The notes: a model not told the origin generated them from the sequence alone. A stretch of 64,000 bases of DNA from Dicyema japonicum (GCA_011109175.1 RDEW01000030.1:490094-554093), one strand, 5' to 3'; positions 34,440 through 47,984 are shown, counted from the first letter of the stretch. Numbers and translations: made by a program.

Positions 34440-36760
34440 TATTTAGAACCCCGGAATCACCGAAAAAGACAAAAAAACGTCAGACAGTTCGGTAATCCTA
34501 GTTACGAAATCAAACGAGCTATCCAACGTCTGTGGTCTCCCATTGTTCCAACTACCGTGCGAAATAGCCTTCTCTCATCCCTGTAGATGAATCCAATTGG
34601 GGAGGGGAACTTCCTAACCAATCGACTTTCTTGGAAAAAGACAGGCAAAGTGGGTTTCCGTCCTCTTTACAGACCCGAAGTAATCCGGTTTCCCGGCTAC
34701 GGGTCGTAGATTCAGTGAGTAGGGAATTAACTATTGATCCAGAATGAGGGGCCATCATAAATATAGTTTCCGGTATATTGAATTGATTTTGTGGAGCGTA
34801 GTCTCTAATTACGCGAATCTCCATGCAACAGAGACATACTCCACAGCCGGGGCAATAGTTTGCCGGTAAAGTGCTGCAACAGAAGCATCCAAATTCAAAG
34901 TAGTCCTTTGGACAAGCTCACGAACAATATTCAACTTCTGCAGGCCTTTATTGAGGACTTTCTTCCCATTTGAGTTGAAATTCAACAGCCTGTCGAGCAT
35001 TAATCCAAGAATTGAAGGAGACCTTGCTACTGGTATCTGGACAGACCAATGAAAGTTCTTGGATCTTCTTTTGAACGACGGACTGAGGTAAAAAGCGTAA
35101 ATATTGATTTTCGGCATAAATCGTTAGTCGGTTGGCAGTCAACCAATCATAGACGGTGTTGATTGTTGCGTAAATATTGATTTTTCGGCATAAGTGGTTA
35201 GTCGGTTAAAAGTCAACCAATCATAGACGGTGTTTATTTGAGCGAATCTCGCTCGTTTTCCTGAGAGGGAATAGTTACACAGTCAGGGCAGCTTCTAAAC
35301 AACCGTTTACTCTATTTTCTTTAATAAAATTAATTTAATTTGTTCAACTTGCGTCAATCGATTGTGTGTTCAATTATTAAGTTTTCTGCGTAGGATAATA
35401 ACAAAAAATTTTCGTCCTCGTATTTGGTAGGTCGTGAAGGAATAGATTGTGAAGGTTCGGAGAAAGCGAAGAACCTTGGGGTACTCCGTTAGGTAGTAGT
35501 GTTGATCTCGATCTAAGATGCCCGCAGTCGACTCTCCCACGTCGTCCAGAAAAAAAGTTGGCAAACCACAGCTTTAGGTTTGGAAGAATTTTCGAATCTT
35601 CCAATAAGAAGAATTTTTCGAATCTTCCTTGGGACTGTGTTGAAAGCCTTGTTTATGTCGATTGAAACCAATGTAGTTCGCATTAAATACATCGGTTATG
35701 AATTGGGATAGTGTGGTTAAATCGGGTGGTGGTGGTCCTTCCAGGACGAATATCGTGCTGGAAAGCCATTTGAGGGAGGACCGGAGTAATGGCGAATAAT
35801 ACCAGTTTTTTTCAAGTTTTGATAATGTGCTGGTTAGGGAGATCGGCCTGTATGAAGCAGGTTTCCCTCCTGTTTTCCAGCCCGTCAAGACAGGTTTAAT
35901 AACAGAGTTCTTCCAAATCTTGGGAATAATATTGTTAATAGACAGGCTAAATAAATGCGTGTGGTAGCCAATTGCATATTTGCTTGATTGTTTCAGGTGA
36001 ATCGTAAATGCTCTGTCAGGGCCGCAAGCCCATGAGTTCTTTAATTCAGCGATAACCTTTGATACCTGCTTGTTTGAGAATAATTCTTTGTAAGGTTCTT
36101 TCGGTTTGTGGGCACGTTCTTTGATATCCAAGTGTTTAGAGAATGTCTTGAAACTGATCGCAGCGTAATGCTTTATAAGTAGGTTAGGGTGTATATGACA
36201 AATGTGTTGTCAACTTTTGAATGGCTAAATTGATGATTTTTGCCGCTTCATATATCGAACGTATATGGATGATAGTCCTTTGACAAATTCCATGTAACAA
36301 AGTTAGAAAAGCCAGACGAGTCAACCTTCTTATAGTTCTTAAAACTTTTAGCTTCGGTCTGCATGTCCGACGAATCCGAAATCCTCTTAACATAAGAAGG
36401 ATGGAATTATGGTCGCTGGATAAACCATAATTCACATCCCATGTAGTAAATCCTACTAAGGAGGGTGAACATAGGGCTAAATCTGGAAAAGTGCAGCTAT
36501 CAGTGCTCCTTAATGGGGTTCTTGTGTAATTTAGGGTAATTCAGGACAATCGTTTAAGATGACCCAGGATCAGCCTCAGCAAGGTAAGAAAGAGGATGGC
36601 CGACTGAGGGCATTTCCATACAAATCATAAAGAGAAATGCGCTGAAAGCTGTTCTTTTCTCAGGAAGGTTACATGGAGCAACCATTGTGGAAGTTAGGTC
36701 AGAAGGCAGCTCCAGAAAATAGCAAGAACGTGAAGAATGCAGAAAATCATGGAAATTAAC
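34440..36760 (-). mobile_element. Decayed jockey/I-like LINE
   Basis: APE end (PDLALCS...SSDHNSIL), RT (WKNSVIKP..SYRPISLTSTLSK, VPQGSSLSPNLHNLFL), post-RT TIAPAVEYVSVAWRF and the CCGGGGTT-type tail; insertion at about 35095-35370. Confidence 0.85.
35095..35235. repeat. 73-bp tandem duplication (two copies)
   Basis: GCGTAAATATTGATTTT...GTCAACCAATCATAGACGGTGTT starts at 35095 and 35168. Confidence 0.85.
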
Positions 36761-36974
36761 AGTATTTGGACTAATAAAATTTAATTAAAACCCAAAAATA
36801 GACATAATACGATTCTTACCCAAAACAGCAGCCTTATCACCTTTCCCGTGATCCCAAGCACACTCTACCCGCTCAAGACAGACAAACGTGGGTTAATATG
36901 AACACCCTCCACATTTAAAATTACAAGTATTTTTTAAATTATAAAATCAGTCATCCATCATATAAATTATAAAA

Positions 36975-39937
36975 TCATACATCCGATGAAAACTGTGCTA
37001 TAGAATCTCTAAGCAATTCATCATAAAGAAATTTAGAGGAAATTCCCAATTGACTTATCAAACAAAGAGCTCTGTCAACATTACAGTCATTCCATATAGT
37101 AATTGATTCTAGCCGTCCCAACATTGATAATATAACACCTTTAACCATCATGAACTGCAAAATTTCAAAAAATCAAATACGCTTTGGTTTGTTAGGTCAT
37201 TTTTGGTATCATAACTGATTCCTTGGACCTTGTCGATAAAAATTCTCAGAGAAGTTGTAATTAACTGTCGGAATATATTTAATAATACTTTTGCGCATTC
37301 ATTCAAAGCCTCTGCATTATCAATATTATCACTGAAATCAGTTATGGCGACCATCATTTGAGATAAGGCACTGTCCAACTACAAATATTTAATCAGCCAA
37401 TACATATTGATAATCCACATTGCGAGATAAATGTGATTTTTCAAAATGTGAGTGATCCTCCTTTATATCTGAAGGCACAGAGATATCAAAACATGGATGA
37501 AAACTTTGCAAATTTTCAGTATCCGCAGAGTATGGATTATCATTTTTCTGCTCTGGGAAGTCATTTTCTTCATTTAGTTGAGAACTATCAAGGGAGAGGT
37601 CATTTCTGTGTAATTTCGCAAACAGTATTTGCTCAGTGGCCGGAGTATTCACTACTGATTGTAATTCTTCTGCTTGCAATGTGTTGATAGATGCATTCAA
37701 GGATATAGTAGTCGTGTAAGAACTCTCAGTTTGATCGTCGAATAGAGTCCTAAACTACAAAAACTGTAAACTCAATATATTTAATCATTTCTAGACACGT
37801 TGGCCTCAACTGGGAGTCAAGTTGCCAACATGATTTCATGAATTCATAGAAAAATATAGGACACTCCGGAGGCTGGCAAAGTCTGTTCCCTTCTTCAATG
37901 TAAAGAAGCATGTCAGAGTTTGTAATGTCAGTGAATGGTTTCTGTGAGGCCTTATCCCAAATCTCCCACAGGCAAACCCCTAGAAGATAACTATCACGCA
38001 TACCGAGCATCCAAACGTCCGTAGCCTTTGTAAAAACACGATGACGGAGAGATTCTGGAGCCATCCACTTTATGGGCATTTTCCCGTCATTAACTGAAAT
38101 ATTAAAAGACAACAACCCATGTGGTGGACCTGATTGGAGGGAAGAAAACAACACATCCCAAAATCAGAGAGTTTGATACATTCGTGGTCACAAACAAGGA
38201 TATTTCTGGCAGCCAAATCACTGAGAATATAACCACCAAGTACCGATGTATAAAATTCATGCTGTGAATGTACTCAACAGCACATGTCACTTGGTAGCAG
38301 AAAAGCAAGAGAGTTTTCGGGGAGACATCTTCCTGACATTGAAGATATGTTCTGAGCTACCAAATTCATAAACCCAAAACCTGTCCGAATTGAGCAAACT
38401 CCATAACAATGGCAGGAGTCTCGTCCATCAAACCAAAAAATTCGATGATATTCACATGGCGAAACATCTTCATCAAATCTGCACAATCAAAATCATTAGC
38501 GACTGGCTTCCTCGTAGAAACTGTTCAGACTATTACTGTCGTTTCCGTGGTGAATTTTCACGGCCACTTCCCGAGTCTGCATATTAAGATAGCAAATCAA
38601 CATTTCCTTTCAAGTCAGACAATATTCCCCTGTAGACCAAGCCGAACTGGCCTTCCCCAACAGTTTCAAAAATCTCCATTTGCTGCCTATTTATGACCAT
38701 TTCTGAGATAATAACGAGAAAAAACCAGGTGAATAGCGAGACACCGTGTCGGCAAACATCAAACAATCTCCCTACCGAATTAATAATATAAATTACTTTG
38801 GTGGAGCAAAATTTTCGTCGTCTAACACTAAAACAATAAACAACTAAGCGAACAGCAGGATTTGCGAATATAATAAGTGATTTCTTCCATGACAGACACA
38901 GCTCCATAAAACTCAACCATAGTGTCGGAAGAACCTGATTTTATGCTTACTTTGGCCTTTCCTTCCTCCAATTTCTTCATTTCCAAATGTTCGATTCCTT
39001 CAGGACCAGAGAAGCCACGGCAAACCATTCTCTACTCAATTATGTAAGTAATCAACCCAGGACTGTCCCGAAACCCGATAACTGATTCCATCCATGGCTT
39101 TTATTGTCAATTGTACGACGTTCAAGTCTCCTCGAACCTGAAACTGATGACGTAACAAAAACTATCAAAAAGCAGTTAAATTCACGGTAAATCAGTCCCG
39201 TGGTGCATCGATGAAGATGCAACAATTCCAGAATACAACGTTGTGGTGAGTTCAATGTCTTTAGTTTAGGTAACTCGTTTTTTATAGACTTTACCGAAAC
39301 TTTCTGAGGGGATTAGATTAAAATGAACAATTTTAAGGGGAAAGGTATTTAGTTGCTGGTTAATCCATATAGATTTGAGTTTCACACTTCGTGTTTCCAG
39401 CAGACGTCTCCTAGAAGTTAAACAGCCACAGACTTGAGTTCTATCGCCAGAAAGCGGACAATCAACTCATCATCTGAATTTGTCTTACGGATAATATCCT
39501 CCAGGCACTAAATGAAAAACTTATAAATACCTGGAAATATAGAAACTCAAGCATTTGTGTGTTATTAGCCTTAAAATTTTCAAACAAAATTTGGGATATA
39601 TGTCTGATTTTAATAAAGAGTCTGATTTACTGAGACAATTAAACCTATAATTGATGAGCCACTGTGGGCCCAGCTTGTCTATAACATTCTTCAAAGTCAT
39701 GTTGTCGTATAGTAGGACTGTTCGATCACTCATTACAGATTGTGCTTCCAACTCAAATAATTTAAAATATTCAATAAGAGAAACTTGCCCTAATACGACT
39801 TCAATCAATCTCTGGAGATATTATCAAGTAATTTATACTTTCACGGTTATGCTATCCTTGCAGTTTACTCGTCTTATATCACTCTGTGGTAGGGAGATGT
39901 AAATGTTATTCATAATTTCTAATATTGAATCCACCAT
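36975..39937 (-). CDS. PTK2: Focal adhesion kinase (FERM, tyrosine kinase, FAT-like helical C-terminus)
   Basis: VGEGQFG, VAVK, HRDLAARN, DFG, KMPIKWMAPES, DVWMLGVCLWE and CWQLDSQLRP; N-terminal FERM-like exons and C-terminal helical bundle; many 23-27 nt introns. Confidence 0.88.
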
Positions 39938-40849
39938 CAACTTGAAAAAGATTAGCACATAAAATAAATTGTTTAGGTTTTATTTTTAAATTACTTAATT
40001 TTTTGTGGGAATTTAATATTTAGCTGATTGAATAACTATATCATGTTTACATGGCATGACGTTAACAAATTGATCTCAATGCCCCACAACTCCCAAATCA
40101 GAAGGCCAGTACGAGATCCCCATTCTTACCGATATTGGTTTCTCTCTTGTCGTTCTGGATTTTCTTAGTTGACTGAGGATATTCCTTTTTTATTTTAATT
40201 CAGTGATCTTGGGGCAATAAAATAAATTAGCTTGCTGTCAATATTATCGATTTTACTACATTCTTTGGTGTACGGGTGAGTATTTTATAGGGGGAATTGT
40301 TAGTTATTAATTGCTATCTCCAGGAACTTAAAATTGCATTAGTACCTGTGGTGCGGTTGGGATAAGGGTAAAAGAGTCTTCGGTGAAATCAGAAATGCCA
40401 TTGCAGCTGAACTAAAAACCTTCGTGAACGAAGCTGGGAGTGGCTACCGTCTGCGGTAATGCCCATTGTCTTTTGGCAGTTGGAGCATGATTTGTTGGTA
40501 ATACTTTTATTTATGTTTCAGAATAAAACTCAATATAATCTCGATAGTTGTGTAATTGCTTAAAGGAATTTTAATTAACTATTTTTTGCGTTTTAGGCAA
40601 TTATTTAGCCAAAATATTAATTCACCCAATATCTGTCAAAAATCACAACGTCATTATTAGTACTTTTCCTTCTCATAGGTAATTGCCGCATAGTTTACAA
40701 AGAATATTTTTAAAAAAAACATTAAAGTTAATTCTATTGTACTCACACTGCGGCAAAGTTTGGTTACTTAAGCTTTATTACATATCAAACGTCATTATCG
40801 GCAATTTCCATTGGTCAGTGCCTTGATTTTAAATAGCAAAATGGTTTCA

Positions 40850-43800
40850 GTCCCCACGAATCGGGATTTTTCTACAATCTCATATTTATTATGCTTTGAT
40901 AACAAATCATTTTGGATTACTGAAAATCAAACTGAAGAGGATAAAATACCAGGAATGAAAGCACCAATCGAAAAGCTGAGACTCAAACTTAAACTTCCGA
41001 CTATCGTTTTATTAAAGCCGAACAAGTTTGGCTACAAAGCATTATTACGAAATATATTTGATTCCGTCAGTAGAAAATTCCCAATAAATATGTATGATTT
41101 TGCTATTAAAAGTATAAGTAAAATTCAATAATGTTGACATAAATTTATTTTCTGCTTATTGTCGATTACATAGTTTGCACTTAGTTTGCCATGGTTAAGC
41201 GAGCCACTATATTAATTTAACTTCGGTAAAGTTAAGTTTAGTGGGACTAGCATGGGGGATATATTTTCTGACCTTTCATTGGAAATATCAGGTTTCATTG
41301 TTTTATTTGACTGCAATCGATAGTAAAGTCGCAAATATCATTGATTCCAAGATTAGTAGTTTTTATATGCAAAGTCCGTTACTCACAAAATGTTGGGTAA
41401 TGCATATAGCACGTGATGTTGGTGACCTTAATTGCCTGTATTTAGAGCATAAGTGACGTCATTTTTGAAAAGTATAGGTGAACTATTGCCTATTATACTA
41501 TCATACTTACATTTGTGCTAATTGTGTCCGCTGTATTTTGCTGGTAATAAAGTTAAGTGCATTTCGTAAGCAGAATGATGATATATAACAATTAAGGATG
41601 AGCATTTATTATTCTACGTAATTAATCGCTCCTATATTTTAGAAAAGGGATCAGACGTTGAATTGAAGTATATCATCAAGAAACCGTTCAATTCTAATAG
41701 ACAAAACCCACTAAAATTTGTTCTGAAATTTCCCAAGTCTGCGCTAATTAAAGAAATAAACTGCCGACTTTCTGAAAGTTTACAAAAACAAATAAAAATT
41801 ACAAAAATTGCTTCAAATTTATATTTCTGTTCTTTGAATAATTTGAAAATGAGTCACAGAGATGAATTTTACGTGAGCGATAAAAATAATCCCGATATTG
41901 ACCTGACGGAACAGAACAAGGCATCCATGGTTGACCTCTTCTACCATCAGAAAGAAATGTGGACCAATCGCCTTCCAGCTATGAAAAAACGGCAAATTTC
42001 TTGTCTTGTCTTTGCGGAATTGACAAAATATGACATACATGAAGTGATCATCAGATTTCAGAGCAATTCACAATTGCATTCAAGTTCCACACAAAGTCAA
42101 GATTACGACATAATTTTCAAAATCCTTCCGAACTTATCTGTTGGATTATTGTCAAGCCAAATCAAAAAAGCTCGAGAAATTCAAAAAAGTTTGAGCATTT
42201 CTCAAGAAAAGTCCTTAATCGCAGAATTTTCTAATTTTTTTTCAACCGTTAATTCCGGAACAGATAAAAATTCTCTCATAAAATTTGAATCCTCGCTTGA
42301 TTTTTCTTTAAATCAAAGACGGGAGAATGAAAAAGAGCAGTTACTTGTGCCTCCGTCGATCAAAAACCCAAATGAATATGTAAAAATCGACAATATATTA
42401 TCCGTTAACATCAAAAATCCGAAAAGTCAGCTAAAAAAGAAAAAGATTATGTTATTAGCGAATAAAAATTATTCTCAAAAAGAAAAGGTCAAGGAAAACG
42501 TAAAAGAGGATTCTACTTATGGGAGTGACATGGTGTCGGCCAGAAGACTTACGGAGGGCCTTCCAGTGTGTGAGGAACCAGGGGACTCTATTCATGGGAG
42601 TGACATGGTGTCGGCCAGAAGACAGGCGGAGGGCCTCCCAGTGTGTGAGGAACCAGGGGACTCTATTCATGGGAGTGACATGGTGTCGGCCAGAAGACAG
42701 GCGGAGGGCCTCCCAGTGTGTGTAGAACCCGAGGATTCTTTCGAATTCCAATCTTCAAAAAATTTGTCTGAAAATAAAAAGCTAAGAGTGTCTCCAATGA
42801 CACCAGACAGTGGAATTCTTAGTGACTCAAATTTGACTCCAAAGTTCGAAAATCATGACGAAAGTACAAAAAATATTTATTTCCTGATCCCAAAAAACCT
42901 ATGTTTTCCCAAACTTCCACGAAACCCAAAGAAAAGGGTACAAAAGACGATTTCTTGTCTTCAAAAACGGAAGATCCATATTACAGATTATCTCACGTGC
43001 AAGGTGAACCAAGACTTGTAAATACTGATGAATGCCCTGAAATCAATTTTGACAAATCCCCCGCTATTTCGAATAAAGAAGATTCTTCTCGGGGGAGAGA
43101 AATTACCAATAAAAGTCCTCATGTCTTCAAATTTGAGAATAACCAAAATTATTCTATAAAAAGTGCGGATTCCGAACAAAACATTTCGATTGGTCGGAAT
43201 GTTGTATTCACGGATAATTTCTCTAACGAACGAACCAGTCAGGAAAGTAACACGAGACAGAAAGTGTAAAATATGTAAAAATCGAAGAAGCCGACGCTGA
43301 TTCTGCTTTCAAAAATAGTCAGCTTCCTGTGATTGAAACTGGGGACAAGTCAAAGATGGAAGGTACTACTCAGCAAGGCTCTGGGGAAAATAGCATAAAA
43401 ATAAAAGAATTTCAGGACCTTTCGTTCAGGGATGAGAAAAACAAAGTAAAGAGTTTTTCGATAGAAAAGAATGTCACTGTAACATTAAGTGACCCCCAAC
43501 AAAAAGCGGTTGTTTAAAGAAAGAAAAAGTGAATTTTGTCGGATTTTCCAAAATTGATGGGAAAGATACGGAAGGGACGAATCCCTCAATTCATGAAGAA
43601 CTTTCCTTCATTGATGAACAAAATATTTGCATAAATAGTGAATTACTAGGAAAATTTACTCCAGAAAAGGGAAAAACACTGGTAGATGATTCCCATCCCA
43701 ATGAATACAAAGTACTATCCACAACTGCAGAATCTAAAGGGTTAGAAGAGAGGTTAGCTGTCAAATCAAGAGATTTATGTCATCGACAACCAGAAAATGT

Positions 43801-45240
43801 AAAAATTTGGGAACAAAGTGACCCTAATTCACAGCAAAATGAGAACACACGGAATACTTATAATTCAGCCAAACCCGTAATATTCGCCAAGGGAGATGCA
43901 TTCCATGACCCAAAAATTACTAAAAGCCAGGAAAATAGACTTGGACATTTTGACCGCTCAGTAGACAGACAAACTGAAGCCCATAATGATGAAGATGAAT
44001 ATACAAGTAGTAAGGCTTATGATCGCACAAATTTTGAAGACTCAACGATTGAACACAAAAGTCCTGGAAACACATCACATCAAAGTGAAAGATTGAAGAA
44101 CAAGGTGTTTCATGTTGAAAAATTTGGAACCAGGGAAAGACCATATGAGAAGGGGGATCCAAGAACTACAAATTTTAGTGAAATCAGGCCTTGGAACTCT
44201 GAAGTTGCTGAAAATAAGACCCCTGAAAGCTTAGCTGGACCAAAATACTACGAAACCTACGGAAACCGAAATCTTCACGACAACTTTACTAGTCCATTCT
44301 GTGAACCATTTAAAAATCGTGAGAATAACTCAACAACTGGTATCAACGAACCACGTGGTCTTTCGAATTATTATCAAACAGAACCCAATGTCTATAAAAC
44401 CTCTGAAAACGTGAGAAATGAGAATCAGATGAGACCACGGGATTATCCGAATTATGATAGACAAACTGGTGATTATTCGAAACCAGAATATACAAATATC
44501 CTTTATTCAAAATACAATGAACCCTCTGATTATAAGAACATGAGTGACTTGACAGAACCACGTGGGCGGATGCCAAATTATAGAGTTGATCAAAACTACA
44601 GCAGATTGGCAGAACCCAAGTATTATAAAAGACATAACGGCTTAACAAGACGACCAATATACACGAGTCATGATAATTTAAACAACAAATTCATGAAACC
44701 TCGATATTTGGACTCCAGGAACATGTCAGAGATTGAGGACCACAGAAACTATTACTTAAGTGACTCTACAAAACGATATAATCCATATTCTTCGAATGGT
44801 CGCTACGAAAGTCAAATCATTTCATATCATTCTGATATTGACAGTAATTACTATAATCCCAATACAACTGTCGAAACAGTACGACCAAGAACAGCCCTTA
44901 TTCATAGACGAGTTAATTCAATGGCTTCTCGCTTGGATATAGCAGATTCCAAGATAAGGAGAATAGAGTCATGTATCGATTTATTGGAATATAAAATACA
45001 ATCTGTGAAGCTTGATATGTATAAAAAGTACTACATTCGGTTCAAACTAGATCAATGTCGTCAATGGAACGTCTAACACCATTGACTAATGAAGATACCT
45101 TAGAGGATGAGGAGCACTTGCATTATAGGTTTTTGTGATAATTTTACGTAAATAGGCGGGGAATCCTTACCAGATATTGTATTATGCCTGTTGATAGGAG
45201 CATATTGAGAACACTAATTCGTTCAGAAGCCGCTAACCAA
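40850..45240 (+). CDS. Large orphan gene: structured N-terminus, long S/N/E/K/Y-rich disordered region and C-terminal coiled coil; frame breaks
   Basis: Long ORFs 41663-43021, 42901-43269, 43329-43517 and 43529-45076 run in series, with short GT-AG introns upstream; no family recognised; ends uncertain. Confidence 0.6.
42506..42739 (+). repeat. 75-nt coding tandem repeat (three units, 25 aa each)
   Basis: Units start at 42506, 42581 and 42656; they encode GSDMVSARRxxEGLPVCxEPxDS. Confidence 0.95.
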
Positions 45241-45910
45241 AATGCACTTAATACTCTTAAAAGAATTCATAAATTTAGATATTTAGATAATTACTAATGT
45301 TATTAATATTTAATATAAAAATATATTTAAATTCTCTTTGTTGTGGATTACAGTCCTTTTTAATTCATTTCCCGATCAATATCAGAATTATATTGATTAA
45401 TATTTATTTTAAAACCCCGGGGTCACAGAGAAAGACAATAAACCTTAAGCACCCCTATGGCTGACAATTACTATCGCAGACGATCCCTTTACGGCCATGA
45501 GTGACCCATTAAAACATAAGAGAAGTCATGGGATATGGAAGGTTGCCATAGTTAAATTAAAAAATCGACTCAAAAGTACTCTCCAGTAAACTACGGAGGA
45601 AAAGCTCCGGATGAGGGCTTGAAATAAAATCATTGTGCTCAATTCCCAGAAATCAAATTGAATGCAATCGCTCTCTGATGAAAGGTTATCTGAGTATGTT
45701 TACAACCAAAAGGATCTGAATAATCTGATAAAATATTACGCATAAATATCCCACAAGGACTATCAGAAGATTGATGCGATTCCATTATATCTTACCAAAC
45801 TGAAAAGGGAGCAGGAATTGACATGCTTTACTGAAAAAACGTGAGGAATGTATTGATGCTCATAAAAGCAACCTACCTAACAAACTCCCGATGACCCTCC
45901 TAAAGAATCG

Positions 45911-46104
45911 GGTGGTGCTCTGTGGCTAGTTGGTCAAAATTATTTTCCTTCCCTCTGATGGCGTCATTGGATCCACCTTACTGAGGAGACGCCCAATTCC
46001 TGCGGCATCAAGAAGATCCAACTATTCGTTGGAGACAAGTTTTGGAACGCTGGAACCAGTCAGGGTCAAGTAGTTAGTCTGATTACTCTTGTCTTTGGAA
46101 TAAT
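45911..46104 (+). repeat. SINE-like family A copy
   Basis: GATGGCGTCATTGGATCCACCTTACT...GTCTTTGGAATAAT. Confidence 0.82.
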
Positions 46105-46996
46105 TTTAATTTAATTTAAAAAATCTTGATCGTGGAATCGTTGCATTGACGAGGATATACAATAACTCAATCAATAAAAATTTTATCCCAACCTTGTGGA
46201 AACTTGTACATCTCCACCAAATTTTAAAACCCGGAAAAAAGAAGATGGACCTTGCTTCATATAGAACCGTCGCGTTACCCTGTACGATGTAGAAAATCAT
46301 GGAGAGGTTGATTTTCTCAATAATTAAAGACTGTCTCCCAAACATGACATTTCAATATGGATTTAAAGAGGAGAGCTCTGCTTCGACCCACCCCTTGATT
46401 AACGTCTGGAGACTACCTTCTTCCATAGACTTAACGTGCTGAAATATCAATTGGGGTTATGAAGATCAGAAATCACCCTACGATGGGAACTATTTACAAG
46501 CTGTAAATTGAGCCTGGAATTTTTTACACATGCGTCTTATGGGGTCTATTCATTTCCTGAACAAATTCCTTGAAGATAAAAGTTTGTTAGAAAAAGCATT
46601 GAAGGTAAACAACAATTTGAGAATTCGAGTCCAACAATTTGAGAATTTTTCATAGAATTCGAGTCCATAATTGGTGTTTTAATTTTATTTTTAACATTTT
46701 AATTCTTTAATTTAAACACGTGTCTACAGCTTATAAAAATTTAGTCGCGTGGTCAGGTCATGCGCCTTATCTCTAAATCGAATTAGATACCTCCAACTGA
46801 GTTATAAATTCAGTTAAAATATTAATATATTTTAGGCACATGCCTAAGCTAGGAGACTTAAAAATTACCCACGTGGTCTGGCCCAGACGGTCAAGACATG
46901 TGGGTACTCAAAATAAATCGGATTTCATTTAAAATTGAAATATTAAAATTAACTTACAAATAGGCTTATAGAATTAAAAAATAGATTTTAATTCAT

Positions 46997-47240
46997 AAAA
47001 AAAACGATAAGGGCAAAAAATACAAAGCGCTACGCGACCGATTCGCGTTTTATCCGATTGTGGTCGAGACAACTGGAGGAATAAGTGGAAAATCGCTTCG
47101 CTTCCTAAAGAAACTTGGACGCTTAGCTACACTAAAAAGCACGTGAGACCCGGTGACATCTCCAGTTGATCTCTGTTGCAATCGTGAGAGGCAACGTCGA
47201 TAATGTCGGCGGGGTCCACTTTGGATGGATGGCCGTGTTA
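46997..47240 (+). mobile_element. CRE-like element 3' end, deleted duplicate of 47985-48292
   Basis: Near identical to about 48055-48290 apart from short deletions. Confidence 0.85.
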
Positions 47241-47569
47241 ATTAATTATCTTAATTATTCCCATTAATTAAATTATGGTATTTATAAAAACCATTTATTA
47301 AAAGTGGGAATAAAACAAGCACTTTTTCTAAGTCCCTAACAGGACGGATTCTCTAGGATTTAACCCACTTGGCCAAACTTTTTGGGTACGCACTTTGATC
47401 AAGCCTGCTCTTTTCCCCATGACAATTTCGCACAGTGCCCAACTGATTCTCAGAGAGAATTCAATTGGCCTCTACAAAGCTCCTGACCTCATTAGCCACC
47501 AATTTGGTCATCAGTAGGGTGATTTTGTTGATTTTATAAATCGGAAATTTTAATCTAAAAAGTGACTTC

Positions 47570-47907
47570 TATACTCCCACGGAAAATCACTCGTCTGGGA
47601 CGCAACGTGTGTGGACACCTTCTCAGGAGCCAAATTGCTGACGGCGACGCACTCTCTTGGAGACGCAGCCGACCAGGCGGAAGTTAAGAAGATCCATAAG
47701 TACGAATCTCTCCGAGACCATTACCATTTCGCTCTCATTGCTTTGGAGACAACTGGAACTGTAAACGCGAAGACGAACGCCTTTCTCCACAGCATTGGAA
47801 GCAAACTCGCCTCAAAGAGGTGCGAGCCACGGGAAGGACTCTGGTTGAGGCAAAGACTCGAAATGGCGATTATCAGAGGTAACACCTTCGCCATTCTGTC
47901 GTCCTAA
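47570..47907 (+). mobile_element. CRE-like non-LTR element, RLE domain 3' fragment
   Basis: GKSLVWDATCVDTF...KIHKYESL...IALETTG...RQRLEMAIIRGN. Confidence 0.85.
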
Positions 47908-47984
47908 TTATTGCCTATTTTTTATTATTTAAAAATAATTATTCATTTTAAAAAATTGACTTTATTGACTTTAAGTTAAAAAAC

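Noticed and set aside
40050-40520. Small minus-strand gene between FAK and the orphan gene
   Set aside because: Coding-like composition and a possible intron, but I could not build a consistent open frame or name a family.
41663-42100. HORMA-domain assignment for the orphan N-terminus
   Set aside because: Only a vague impression; no diagnostic motif could be aligned by eye.
46832-46852. Helitron 3' end (hairpin followed by CTAG)
   Set aside because: CTAG follows the hairpin almost immediately rather than after the usual spacer, and no matching 5' TC end or second copy is visible.
46840-46910. U4 snRNA on the minus strand (hairpin, AATTTTT, AGTCTC)
   Set aside because: The U6-pairing 5' region and kink-turn are absent upstream; kept only as part of the weaker structured-island finding.
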